Sequence record: SRR22947725_485
DNA: 64,000 nt
Strand: one strand, 5' to 3'
In this document: positions 10,387-20,134 of the stretch, one piece after another
Layout: the number at the start of each line of letters is the position of its first letter
How positions within the stretch are numbered: the stretch's first letter is position 1
Notes under the pieces: generated by a model
Seen by the model: the letters and a program-made list of their open reading frames with translations, nothing else
Databases searched by the model: none
Told to the model about the DNA's origin: nothing
Made by a program: the position numbers and the translations under genes

Positions 10387-10829
10387 TGAAATATTTTTCA
10401 GTTTTGATTGTTGTTTTAGACCAACTTTCAAAATTCATTGTTCATTCTAGTATGAGCCTTTATGATTCGTTTCCAGTTATCCCTTCTTTACTTGATTTTA
10501 CATATATAAGAAATGAAGGTATTGCATTTGGTATTAATTTCGCAGGTGGTAAAATTTTCTTTATCATATTTCCAATCCTAATCACCTTTTATTTAATTTC
10601 ACTTCTCAAAAATAAGGAATTTGAAGATAATTCATCTCAGATAGCTTTATATCTTATTATTGGAGGAGCTATTGGTAATATATTAGATAGAATATTTCGT
10701 GGATATGTAGTTGATTTCATAGATTTTCATATTAATGGAAATCATTGGTATGTTTTCAATATTGCAGATTCAGCTGTAACAATAGGATTGTTATTCTTGT
10801 TGTATAGCTCTATAATCATTAAGAAGTAA
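10383..10829 (+). CDS. lspA: Lipoprotein signal peptidase II
   Basis: DQLSK, NEGIAFG, GAIGNILDR, VVDFI, FNIADS. Confidence 0.95.
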   Translation: MMKYFSVLIVVLDQLSKFIVHSSMSLYDSFPVIPSLLDFTYIRNEGIAFGINFAGGKIFFIIFPILITFYLISLLKNKEFEDNSSQIALYLIIGGAIGNILDRIFRGYVVDFIDFHINGNHWYVFNIADSAVTIGLLFLLYSSIIIKK

Positions 10830-10836
10830 ATATATT

Positions 10837-11805
10837 ATGAAAATATCCGTCTCTTCATCAGATGAACTAAAAAGACTCGATAGTTTTTTATCCAAAAGAT
10901 TAGTTCAGTTTTCACGAACTAATATTCAAAAAATGATTTCTAATGGATTAATCTTAGTAAATGAAGAAAAAGTTAAAAAGAATTTTAGGTTAAGCTATAG
11001 CGATAATATAGATATTGATCTTACAAGCAAAGTAGATAAAAAAAAGGTTTCTTTAGAAAAATGGGACTATCCATTAGATATATTATATCAGGATAAAGAC
11101 TTTGCTATAATTGATAAGCCTAGAGGAATTATAGTACATCCAGCTCAAGGAAATCATGATAAAACTTTAGTAAATATACTTCTACATCGATTTGACAAAG
11201 AATTAAAAAATGCAATAGATCCTTCAAGACCAGGTATTGTTCACAGGCTAGATAAAGATACAACCGGTATAATGATTATTGCTCTAAATGAGCATGCACA
11301 TTGGAAAATTTCTGATCAATTTAAAGATAGAACAATACAGAAAGAATATATAGCGCTTACATGGAGTCAGTGGAAAGAGCAATCTGGTATAATAGAAAAT
11401 ACTTTAGGTCGTAATAAAAGAAATCCAATACAATTTGAATCATCTGATATTGGAAAAAGAGCATTATCACACTTTGAATTAATTAAATCTGGAGAATATC
11501 TATCCGCAGTTCGATTTTTTCCAAAAACTGGTAGAACCCACCAAATTAGAGTGCATTGTAAAGAATTTGGATTTCCTATTTTTGGAGATGAGTTATATGG
11601 CGGTGGAATTAAAAAATCTAAAGAGTTTATGAAAGATACTAAGTCAAAATTAGATGATTATTTTTCACTAGTTCAAGGGCATTGTTTGCATGCCCAATCT
11701 ATAGAATTTGAACATCCATCAACGTTAAAAAAGGTAAAGTTTTCAGTTAATCCAAATAAAAATTTTAATACAATATATGATGCAATATTAAATGATGAAA
11801 TTTGA
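10837..11805 (+). CDS. rluD: RluA/RluD family 23S rRNA pseudouridine synthase
   Basis: S4 domain, GIVHRLDKDTTG, TGRTHQIRVH. Confidence 0.9.
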   Translation: MKISVSSSDELKRLDSFLSKRLVQFSRTNIQKMISNGLILVNEEKVKKNFRLSYSDNIDIDLTSKVDKKKVSLEKWDYPLDILYQDKDFAIIDKPRGIIVHPAQGNHDKTLVNILLHRFDKELKNAIDPSRPGIVHRLDKDTTGIMIIALNEHAHWKISDQFKDRTIQKEYIALTWSQWKEQSGIIENTLGRNKRNPIQFESSDIGKRALSHFELIKSGEYLSAVRFFPKTGRTHQIRVHCKEFGFPIFGDELYGGGIKKSKEFMKDTKSKLDDYFSLVQGHCLHAQSIEFEHPSTLKKVKFSVNPNKNFNTIYDAILNDEI

Positions 11806-12709
11806 AAGCCATAAAAAAGAATTTTTATTATTCCTAGAGCTTGAAAGGGGATATTCGCCTAGAACTATTCAATTTTATAAATCTGATTTAGATCAATATT
11901 CAGACTTCGTTTACAAAAATAAAATTCAATTTTCTAACATCGATAAAGATTTGATTTTTGATTTTCATGCCAGTCTAAATAGTTCTGTTGGTCCAAGATC
12001 TTTTTCTAGAATGTTATCAGCTTTAAGGACCTTTTATAAATTTTTACATACAGAGGGAGTAATTGATGATATTGTATTAAATGAAGTTAAATCATATCCT
12101 TCTCCAAAATACAAGAAATCAATCCCAACTTTTTTATCTATGAATCAAATTTCTCAAGTATTGGATCAGATTAATAAAAATGAAAAATTATCAGATATTA
12201 TTAAACTAAGAGATCAATCTATTATCATGCTCTTTTTTTCATCAGGATTAAGATTAGCGGAGCTAAAATCTATTCAATTAAAAGATATAGATTTTTCTAA
12301 TAAGAGAATAAGAGTCCTGGGAAAAGGCGATAAAACGAGATTAGCAAATTTTGACAGAGACACCAAAGATTATCTTATTAGATATTTAACAATTTTAAAA
12401 AAATATCCTTTGATTAAGACAAACTTCAATAATAATTTGTTCGTCGATGAAAAAGATAAAAATTTATCAAGAGATAGCATTCAATATTTAGTAATGAAAA
12501 ATTTAAAAACATTAACTTTGAATTCATATGGGCCTCATGCATTGAGACATTCATTTGCCACGCATCTTTTAAATAGTGGGGTAGGCCTTAGTGCTATCAA
12601 ATCTTTATTAGGTCATGAAAATTTAGCATCTACTCAAATTTATACCCACGTAAGTCTTGGAAAGCTTCAAGAAACAATAAAAAAATCTCATCCAAGAGGT
12701 GAAAAATGA
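11792..12709 (+). CDS. xerC: XerC/XerD tyrosine recombinase
   Basis: SGLRLAEL, GKGDKTR, HALRHSFATH, LGH..STQIYTHV, HPR terminus; XerC versus XerD not resolved. Confidence 0.8.
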   Translation: MMKFESHKKEFLLFLELERGYSPRTIQFYKSDLDQYSDFVYKNKIQFSNIDKDLIFDFHASLNSSVGPRSFSRMLSALRTFYKFLHTEGVIDDIVLNEVKSYPSPKYKKSIPTFLSMNQISQVLDQINKNEKLSDIIKLRDQSIIMLFFSSGLRLAELKSIQLKDIDFSNKRIRVLGKGDKTRLANFDRDTKDYLIRYLTILKKYPLIKTNFNNNLFVDEKDKNLSRDSIQYLVMKNLKTLTLNSYGPHALRHSFATHLLNSGVGLSAIKSLLGHENLASTQIYTHVSLGKLQETIKKSHPRGEK

Positions 12710-14310
12710 ATCTAGATTATTTAAATATTAAGAATAGTTGTTATAATCGTAACTCTAGCGCCGATCAACTAGTTGAAGATTCTATCAATCTTAAAGAAGG
12801 CGTCATTGGGCTAAACGGCGCATTAATGGTAGATACAGGTGAATTTTCTGGAAGGATTCCAAACGATAAATTTATTGTTGATGAAGATAGCTCATCTAAA
12901 AATATTTGGTGGGGAAATGTAAATCAAAAAATCTCTGAAGAAAATTTTGATTATTTATTAGATAAGGTGACTGAAACATACAACGATTTAGATAATGACT
13001 TTTATGTTTTCGACGGATTTGCTGGTGATGATAAAGACAATAACCTTAATGTAAGAATGGTTACAAAGAAAGCATGGCAGTCTTTATTTGTAAACAATAT
13101 GTTTATCAGACCTAAAAAAGAAGATCTAGAAAACTTTTCTCCAGACTTCACTATTATTAATGCTTATGATGTTAAAGAGAAAGATTGGAAGAAATATGGT
13201 CTTAATTCAGAAAACTTCATTGTATTTAATCTGAAAAAGAAAATTGCAATTATTGGTGGAACAGAATATGCTGGAGAAATGAAAAAAGGGATTTTTTCTA
13301 TAATGCATTATTACCTACCACTTAAAAATGTATTATCAATGCATTGTTCAGCAAATGTTTCAAAAGACTTAAGTGAATCAACGCTATTCTTTGGATTATC
13401 TGGTACTGGAAAGACAACTTTAAGTACTAATGCTAACCGACCTTTAATTGGAGATGATGAGCATGGATGGTCTGACAATGGAATTTTCAATTTTGAGGGT
13501 GGCTGTTATGCAAAAGCAATTAATTTAGATAGAAATAAAGAACCAGAAATTTATAATGCCATTCAACATGGAACACTTTTAGAAAATGTTGTCTATGATC
13601 TAGAAACAAAAGAAGTAGATTTTGATGATAATACAAAAAGTGAAAATTCAAGGATATGCTATCCAATTCATTTTATTGAAAATTCTTTGGGTTCTAAAGA
13701 ATTGCCTAGTGCAGGGCCACATCCTAGTGCTGTTATTTTCTTGACTTGTGACGCCTATGGTATTTTGCCACCACTAGCTAGGCTTGATGCAAATCAAGCG
13801 ATGTACCATTTTATTAGTGGATATACGGCCAAAATGGCAGGAACTGAAACAGGAATAGTTGATCCCATAGCAACATTTTCACCATGCTACGGTGGACCAT
13901 TTTTAACTTTGCATCCATTAGTTTATGCAAAGCTATTACAAGAAAAATTATCAAAGTATAAAGCCCCGATATATCTCGTGAATACCGGTTGGTCTGGATC
14001 TAACGCTACTTCAGGCTCTAAAAGAATTGATTTAAAACTTACAAAACGTATTATTGATTTAATTACAGATAATAAATTAGATTTTAATGATTCAGTAAAA
14101 GATAAGTTTTTTAATTTTGATATTCCCATCAATCTTGAAGGCTTCGATAATGATTTCTTAGTTCCTGATCAAGGCTGGAAAAACATTGATGAATATTTTA
14201 AGACAGGTAATATACTTACTGAATTATTTAATAAGAATTTTCAGAAATTTAACATTTCAGATTCAGACATTTTAAATTCAGGTCCAAAAACTCAATCAGG
14301 AGGATTATAG
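12706..14310 (+). CDS. pckA: Phosphoenolpyruvate carboxykinase (ATP)
   Basis: YAGEMKKG, MHCSAN, GLSGTGKTTLS, IGDDEHGW. Confidence 0.95.
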   Translation: MNLDYLNIKNSCYNRNSSADQLVEDSINLKEGVIGLNGALMVDTGEFSGRIPNDKFIVDEDSSSKNIWWGNVNQKISEENFDYLLDKVTETYNDLDNDFYVFDGFAGDDKDNNLNVRMVTKKAWQSLFVNNMFIRPKKEDLENFSPDFTIINAYDVKEKDWKKYGLNSENFIVFNLKKKIAIIGGTEYAGEMKKGIFSIMHYYLPLKNVLSMHCSANVSKDLSESTLFFGLSGTGKTTLSTNANRPLIGDDEHGWSDNGIFNFEGGCYAKAINLDRNKEPEIYNAIQHGTLLENVVYDLETKEVDFDDNTKSENSRICYPIHFIENSLGSKELPSAGPHPSAVIFLTCDAYGILPPLARLDANQAMYHFISGYTAKMAGTETGIVDPIATFSPCYGGPFLTLHPLVYAKLLQEKLSKYKAPIYLVNTGWSGSNATSGSKRIDLKLTKRIIDLITDNKLDFNDSVKDKFFNFDIPINLEGFDNDFLVPDQGWKNIDEYFKTGNILTELFNKNFQKFNISDSDILNSGPKTQSGGL

Positions 14311-14312
14311 AC

Positions 14313-14792
14313 ATGGCAACTTTAATTTTAAAAGATACACATCGAATATTGATAGAAAAAATTGAAGCTCTTAATAAAGAGAAGAGAGAGACTTCTTTAA
14401 GAATTAGAGAAGCTGCTGATCAGGGAGATCTTAAAGAAAATGCAGAATATCATGCAGCTAGAGAGCATCAGAGCTTACTAGTATATAAAATACAATTAAT
14501 GCAGTCCCATGCTCCATTCAAGATGATTGGTGATAACGATATCGATAATGAAAGTGTTGGATTTGGTAATAAAGTTGCTATACTTGAGGAAGGTAAAGAA
14601 AAAGCTGAAGACTATTATATCTTAGGCCCTATCGAATCTGAATTAGATCTTTATCCATTAGCTGTAACCTACAAATCACCTTTTGCTAGAGCTATAATTG
14701 GAAAAAAGGTTAATGAGGATTTTACATTAGAAATCCAAGGCAATGATACAAAATTTACTATCACTGCAATTGAAAAAATCCCTGCAGAATAA
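14313..14792 (+). CDS. greA: Transcription elongation factor GreA
   Basis: GDLKENAEYHAARE; SPFARAIIGK. Confidence 0.9.
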   Translation: MATLILKDTHRILIEKIEALNKEKRETSLRIREAADQGDLKENAEYHAAREHQSLLVYKIQLMQSHAPFKMIGDNDIDNESVGFGNKVAILEEGKEKAEDYYILGPIESELDLYPLAVTYKSPFARAIIGKKVNEDFTLEIQGNDTKFTITAIEKIPAE

Positions 14793-14794
14793 AT

Positions 14795-15061
14795 TTGAAC
14801 TGTCAAATTTGTAATCGAGAAAAACCTTTAACTTTCCACCATCTAGTCCCTAGAAAGAATCATAGAAATAAATGGTTCATAAAAAGATTTACCAAGCAAG
14901 AAATGAGAGAAAGAGGTCTAAATCTTTGTCATTTATGTCACAAATTTATTCATAAGAAATTTTCTGAAAAAGAATTAGGAAGAAATTATAATAATTTAGA
15001 TTCTCTAATATCAGATCCTCTTATTAAAAAATATGCTATATGGGCATCTAAGCAGAAATGA
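14795..15061 (+). CDS. Small HNH endonuclease-like protein (YisB-like)
   Basis: CxxC-R..LTFHHLVP...LCHLCHKFIH...ELGRNYN pattern; TTG start. Confidence 0.75.
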   Translation: MNCQICNREKPLTFHHLVPRKNHRNKWFIKRFTKQEMRERGLNLCHLCHKFIHKKFSEKELGRNYNNLDSLISDPLIKKYAIWASKQK

Positions 15062-15067
15062 TCAATA

Positions 15068-15946
15068 CTAAGATGTTTTAGATGGCTGAAAAATATTTTT
15101 TCCTTCAAATAATTTTGTACCATTTATGTAACTATGATACTTTCTACATTCACAAGATAGATATTCAATATCAATAGGTTGAAATGCTCTTTTAGCTTCA
15201 GGCCAATATTTTTTTTGCAATTCAATCATCTTATTACACGTTTCTTGGTGATTTTCTAATTCAAGATATTTTTGTAATCTGTCTAGATAAGCGACCGCAC
15301 CAATCCCTGTTGGAACATCACTTGATGGGTTTATAATATCTGGGCGAAACCAAGCCAAGTCAATAATAGCCATAAAAATAGGAAAATTATTTTGCATTTT
15401 AAAAAGAGAATTAATTGAGTGGGTAGCCTTGATCACATCTCCTTTAGATTCTATAATAATTTTAGCTAACGATTCTTTGATATCTCCAAATAATGCTGTG
15501 GCTGCATCCAATCGGCTATGTTGCATTCCATTCCAATATATTGATTCAACAGGGTAGGCATTGATATTGCACCAAGGATCAAAGGTTTTTAGTGTTTGAA
15601 TCAATTTTTCTGGATGAAGTAACATATCTGAGGATATTCGATTTAAAGTTTCTGACCTATTACACCATCGAGCAAAAAACAAAGAATGAATTAGCATAGG
15701 TAAATCGTTTTCTAGATCTTTAGCAAAGGATAGAATTGCTTTGCTACCACGATCATCTTCTCGAAAAATATTTAGGAAGCGACCTTGTTGAAAAATAGGG
15801 TCATCTGTCCATGGATATGGAGCACCACTTTCTCTTTTTAAGCGAATTTTTTCTCTTTGACGACAAAAATCAAAAAAAGCAGACACAGGATCATTTATTA
15901 CTAGTCCATCAAGTGCAGTAGCGTAAGGATTTTGAATTTTATTCAT
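15068..15946 (-). CDS. aGPT-PPlase1-like (alpha-glutamyl/putrescinyl thymine pyrophosphorylase clade 1; amino acid:DNA transferase-like) protein
   Basis: N-terminal REKIRLKR..G.P.PWTDDPIFQQGRFLNIFREDDRGS and C-terminal IEYLSCECRKY motifs. Confidence 0.75.
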   Translation of the reverse strand: MNKIQNPYATALDGLVINDPVSAFFDFCRQREKIRLKRESGAPYPWTDDPIFQQGRFLNIFREDDRGSKAILSFAKDLENDLPMLIHSLFFARWCNRSETLNRISSDMLLHPEKLIQTLKTFDPWCNINAYPVESIYWNGMQHSRLDAATALFGDIKESLAKIIIESKGDVIKATHSINSLFKMQNNFPIFMAIIDLAWFRPDIINPSSDVPTGIGAVAYLDRLQKYLELENHQETCNKMIELQKKYWPEAKRAFQPIDIEYLSCECRKYHSYINGTKLFEGKNIFQPSKTS

Positions 15947-15950
15947 TTAT

Positions 15951-17054
15951 CTATTTACGTGCGTTAATCATCAAGTATAGCCCAATACCTATAAAGATTA
16001 TATTTGATAACCACGCTCCCATGAAAGGTGAAAGTACACCTGCATAGCCAAGAGACTGTCCAAATTTTAATATAATTACATAAGCAAATATCGTTGCTAA
16101 GCTTAGTCCCCCACCAAATGCTAGCGTTGTATTAGATCTAAAAACAGATAAGGGTATCCCACAAAAAATTACAATCAGACTAATGAATGAGTATGCTAGC
16201 TTGTAATGTAGATCAACTTCCCATTTTAAAGTATTTACTCCATTACTTTTCAATGTTGCAATTTGATCTCTTAGATCGTTATAGGATCGCTCTTCCGATG
16301 ATCCGCTTGTTTGCGTTATATCTTCAGGAGAAAAATTTAAACTTATCAAAGAGTCTTGATTAGATCTAGCTAGAATAGTTTCATACCCTAAATCATCAAA
16401 TTCTCTTATAGAAAAATTTCTGAGATTCCATTTAGATTTTTCTGAATTCCAAACACCTTTTTTTGCATCTATTCGTCTTTGCATCTTCCCATTGTTGAGT
16501 TCCATTAGATTTAAATTCATGATTACTTGATTCATACTATTGTATTTATCAATTGCGATGAGTTCGCTTTGATTTTTTTGAAAATAAACATTTTCAAAAA
16601 TTGACTTATCTTTACGAACACTTTTATTTTTCTGTAAATAACTTTTCTTTATTTCGTTTTGTATCTTATTATTTTTTATAACTACGGTGTTGTCAAAAAA
16701 AAATGATCCAATACTTAATAATAGCCCCAAAAATAATATAGGTATTGATAATCGATAAAGACTTAGCCCTGATGATTTAAAAACTAACCATTCTTTTTTT
16801 TGTACCATCATTCCATATGTGAATACAGATGCTACAAGACATGTTACAGGAATAGTAACGCTAATCATTGAAGGAATGGCAGCTATGTAGTATTCAACTA
16901 AGACAGAACTAGTTACTTCATTGTCTATAAATTTATTTAGATTTTCAAAAATATCAACAATAAGTGAAATAAGTGTAAAGAACAGAGATACAAATAGAAA
17001 TGTGATCGAAAATTCTCGAAGGATATAATAGTCAATTTTTTTCATTATATTCAT
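15951..17054 (-). CDS. lptG: LptF/LptG family LPS export permease (start may be 17045)
   Basis: IDYYILREF N-terminus, SSGLSLYRL, periplasmic beta domain, GAWLSNIIF; F versus G assignment tentative. Confidence 0.8.
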   Translation of the reverse strand: MNIMKKIDYYILREFSITFLFVSLFFTLISLIVDIFENLNKFIDNEVTSSVLVEYYIAAIPSMISVTIPVTCLVASVFTYGMMVQKKEWLVFKSSGLSLYRLSIPILFLGLLLSIGSFFFDNTVVIKNNKIQNEIKKSYLQKNKSVRKDKSIFENVYFQKNQSELIAIDKYNSMNQVIMNLNLMELNNGKMQRRIDAKKGVWNSEKSKWNLRNFSIREFDDLGYETILARSNQDSLISLNFSPEDITQTSGSSEERSYNDLRDQIATLKSNGVNTLKWEVDLHYKLAYSFISLIVIFCGIPLSVFRSNTTLAFGGGLSLATIFAYVIILKFGQSLGYAGVLSPFMGAWLSNIIFIGIGLYLMINARK

Positions 17055-17067
17055 AACTTACTTAATC

Positions 17068-18429
17068 ATGGATTTAATTAATAATTTTTTTGCAAATTTA
17101 TCAAATTTCCTTTGGGGAAACTTTGGAGTAGCCAATCTAGTCATTGGCGGAGGTATATTTTTTCTATTTTATTCAAAATTAACTCCATTTAGATACTTTA
17201 AGCATGCCTTTGACATACTTTTAGGTAAGTATGACGATCCAAACGATGATGGTCAAATTTCGCACTTTCAAGCCCTATCTACAGCGCTTTCAAGTACGGT
17301 TGGAATAGGAAATATTGCCGGTGTAGCTGTTGCTATATCTCTAGGAGGACCTGGAGCATTATTTTGGATGTGGATTAGCGCTATAGTTGGAATGGCAACT
17401 AAATTTTTTACCTGCTCATTAGGGATCATGTTTAGAGGTCATGATTCTGATGGTGAATTGCAGGGCGGTCCTATGTATGTTATTGAGCAAGGTATGGGTA
17501 AGAAATTTAAATTCCTTTCATATTGGTTTAGTATTGCTGGACTTGTTGGATGCTTATCTCTGTTACAGGTAAATCAGTTAACTCAAATACTATCAGATCA
17601 ATTGATTAAAACAAATCCAAATATTGCTTCATCAATTCCTTTAGACTTAACTATAGGAATTATCATTGCATTAATTGTATCTGTAGTAATATTTGGAGGT
17701 CTTCAACGTATTGCTGATGTTGCCTCTAGAATTGTTCCATTTATGGTAATCATTTATATGTCTGCTGGATTATTTATAGTTTTTACAAATATTGAATTGG
17801 TACCATCAATTTTTAACTTAATTATAAGCAGTGCTTTTAACGGAAGTTCAGTAGCTGGAGGTTTCGTAGGAACAGCTGTAGTAATTAGCCAGGGATTTAG
17901 AAGAGCTGCATTTTCAAATGAAGCTGGTATGGGTACAGAAGTGATGGCTATTGGAGCATCGAAAAATAATGAGCCAATTAGATCTGGTCTTGTAGCAATG
18001 ATAGGACCAGTGATTGATACAATCATCGTATGCACAATAACAGGAATTGTTATTTTACTATCAGGAGATTGGATGACAGGAGAGTTTTCTGGTGTTAGTT
18101 TAACACAGAAATCTTTTGCTAACCATCTTGGGGTAGTTGGCGACTTTATTCTTATTTTTTCAGTAGCAACTTTCGCACTGTCTACTATGTTTGGATATTC
18201 TTACTATGGATGTAAGTGTGCATCTTATTTATTTGGTACAGGTTCAAAAGTATACTACAGAATTTTTTATGTTATAACGCTTGTTCTTGGTTCTGTGCTA
18301 TCGTTAGATTTAGCTGTTAATATTGTAGATGCAATGTTTGCTTTAATGGCTTTTCCTACTATGATATCAGCAATTTACTTGTCCCCTCATATTAAAAGAG
18401 AGGCAAAAAGATATTTTAAAACTATTTAA
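17068..18429 (+). CDS. Alanine/glycine:cation symporter (AGCS family)
   Basis: VGIGNIAGVA, GGPGALFWMW, GGPMY, FSNEAGMG. Confidence 0.93.
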   Translation: MDLINNFFANLSNFLWGNFGVANLVIGGGIFFLFYSKLTPFRYFKHAFDILLGKYDDPNDDGQISHFQALSTALSSTVGIGNIAGVAVAISLGGPGALFWMWISAIVGMATKFFTCSLGIMFRGHDSDGELQGGPMYVIEQGMGKKFKFLSYWFSIAGLVGCLSLLQVNQLTQILSDQLIKTNPNIASSIPLDLTIGIIIALIVSVVIFGGLQRIADVASRIVPFMVIIYMSAGLFIVFTNIELVPSIFNLIISSAFNGSSVAGGFVGTAVVISQGFRRAAFSNEAGMGTEVMAIGASKNNEPIRSGLVAMIGPVIDTIIVCTITGIVILLSGDWMTGEFSGVSLTQKSFANHLGVVGDFILIFSVATFALSTMFGYSYYGCKCASYLFGTGSKVYYRIFYVITLVLGSVLSLDLAVNIVDAMFALMAFPTMISAIYLSPHIKREAKRYFKTI

Positions 18430-18443
18430 ACTGAGGCATAAAA

Positions 18444-19184
18444 ATGAAGAAAATTTATATTTTTGATATGGATGGAACGCTTACTCCATCAAGAAGAGAA
18501 ATGACTCCTGACTTTGAAAAGTTTTTTTCTAAATGGGCAAATGAACACATTTTTTTCCTTGTTAGTGGAAGTAACCTAGAAAAAATTCAAGAACAAGTAC
18601 CTCAATATATTCTTGACCTTTCAGAGGGAGTATTTACATGTGGGGGTAATCAATTGTGGTTAAACAATCAATTATCCTATAATCATGAGTTTAAACCATC
18701 AGAAGAGTTATTGTCTTTTTTAAAAGAAGAAATAAAAAAAAGCAAGTATCCAGTACGATCTGGAAATCACATTGAAGATAGAGGTTCAATGTTAAACTTT
18801 AGTATTGTTGGAAGAGATTGTTCACTGGAAGAAAGATTAGATTATTTTGAATATGATGTAAAAAGCCAAGAAAGAGCAGATATTGCTAATCAAATTATAA
18901 CTAAATGGGATAACCTTGATGCTGTAATAGGTGGACAAATATCTATTGATATTACACCTAGAGGTATGAACAAGTCTCAAGTATTAAATGAGGTAAAAAA
19001 ATTCTACTCAAATGAAGAGTATATTTTTATAGGTGATAGAACAATGGAGGGCGGTAACGACTATCCATTAGCAAAAATTATGAATGAAATGCCAAATTGT
19101 TCTGTACATCAAGCCGGAGAGCCTTCAGCTGAAGACGGTTACAAGGACACACAAAAAATATTAGAACAATTAAGTGATAATTAA
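18444..19184 (+). CDS. HAD-IIB phosphomannomutase of the eukaryotic PMM/Sec53 type
   Basis: FDMDGTLTPSR, VSGS, IEDRGSMLNFS, GGQISIDI, FIGD..GGNDY. Confidence 0.8.
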   Translation: MKKIYIFDMDGTLTPSRREMTPDFEKFFSKWANEHIFFLVSGSNLEKIQEQVPQYILDLSEGVFTCGGNQLWLNNQLSYNHEFKPSEELLSFLKEEIKKSKYPVRSGNHIEDRGSMLNFSIVGRDCSLEERLDYFEYDVKSQERADIANQIITKWDNLDAVIGGQISIDITPRGMNKSQVLNEVKKFYSNEEYIFIGDRTMEGGNDYPLAKIMNEMPNCSVHQAGEPSAEDGYKDTQKILEQLSDN

Positions 19185-20133
19185 AAGTAATCAAGATTAC
19201 AAAAATCTTTTTCTAAAAGAACTAGCAAAGCTGCAAGATATGGAAGGTCCATCATATCTTTATGATCCTATTAAATACATTATTAAATCTGAAGGAAAGA
19301 GATTAAGGCCATTTATAGTGCAGTACTTAGGAGATGTGTTCAATAATAATCCAAAAGATACTATGAACGGTGCAATGGGTGTAGAATTATTACATAATTT
19401 CACACTGGTCCATGATGATATAATGGATGGAGATGATTTAAGGCACAACGTAGCTACTATTCATAAAAAATGGGATAATGCCCATGCAGTTCTATCTGGA
19501 GATGGCCTAGGGGCGCTTGGACCAATTTTTATTGGAAAAATTAAAAAGAATACATTAGAAATCTTAATTAGATACAATGAAGTGATATTAGAGGTATGTG
19601 AAGGCCAAGCATATGATATGGAATTTGAATCAAGAAACGCTTCTGTAGATGAATATATTTTGATGAGCGAAAAGAAGACAGGCTCTTTGTTTGAACTATG
19701 TTTTGAAATACCGTCCTTAATAAGTGATAACTATTTACAATTTAAGCCCCAACTAAAAAAATTAGGTAGAAATCTTGGAGTAATTTTTCAAATGCAAGAT
19801 GATATGCTTGAAATGTCAACCTCTACAGAAAATATGGGAAAAGGAACAAATTCTGATATAGAAAGAAGTAAAAAAACAATTTTATCATGTATGGCATTAG
19901 ATCAAGATAAAGATTCTTGGAACAAGCTTAATGAAGAAATAAAAAATCGTTCTATCGCAGAAAAAAAATCATCTCTGAAAGAATATTATAAAAATTCTGG
20001 TATTATTGAAAAATCACAGGATTTGTTACTAAATTTTGAAAATAAATGTAAAGATATAATAAAATCTTTTCCTATTGAAGTTGAAGATAATATGATGTCA
20101 TTGCTAAATACAATCTCAAAAAGAGAAAAATAA
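19174..20133 (+). CDS. Polyprenyl diphosphate synthase
   Basis: GKRLRP, HDDIMDGDDLR (FARM), EGQAYD, KKTG, FQMQDD (SARM). Confidence 0.92.
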   Translation: MIIKSNQDYKNLFLKELAKLQDMEGPSYLYDPIKYIIKSEGKRLRPFIVQYLGDVFNNNPKDTMNGAMGVELLHNFTLVHDDIMDGDDLRHNVATIHKKWDNAHAVLSGDGLGALGPIFIGKIKKNTLEILIRYNEVILEVCEGQAYDMEFESRNASVDEYILMSEKKTGSLFELCFEIPSLISDNYLQFKPQLKKLGRNLGVIFQMQDDMLEMSTSTENMGKGTNSDIERSKKTILSCMALDQDKDSWNKLNEEIKNRSIAEKKSSLKEYYKNSGIIEKSQDLLLNFENKCKDIIKSFPIEVEDNMMSLLNTISKREK

Positions 20134-20134
20134 T

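Noticed and set aside
11792-12709. Tyrosine recombinase as a phage or island integrase
   Set aside because: Size and motifs match housekeeping XerC/D; it overlaps rluD and pckA; no att/tRNA site or cargo is adjacent
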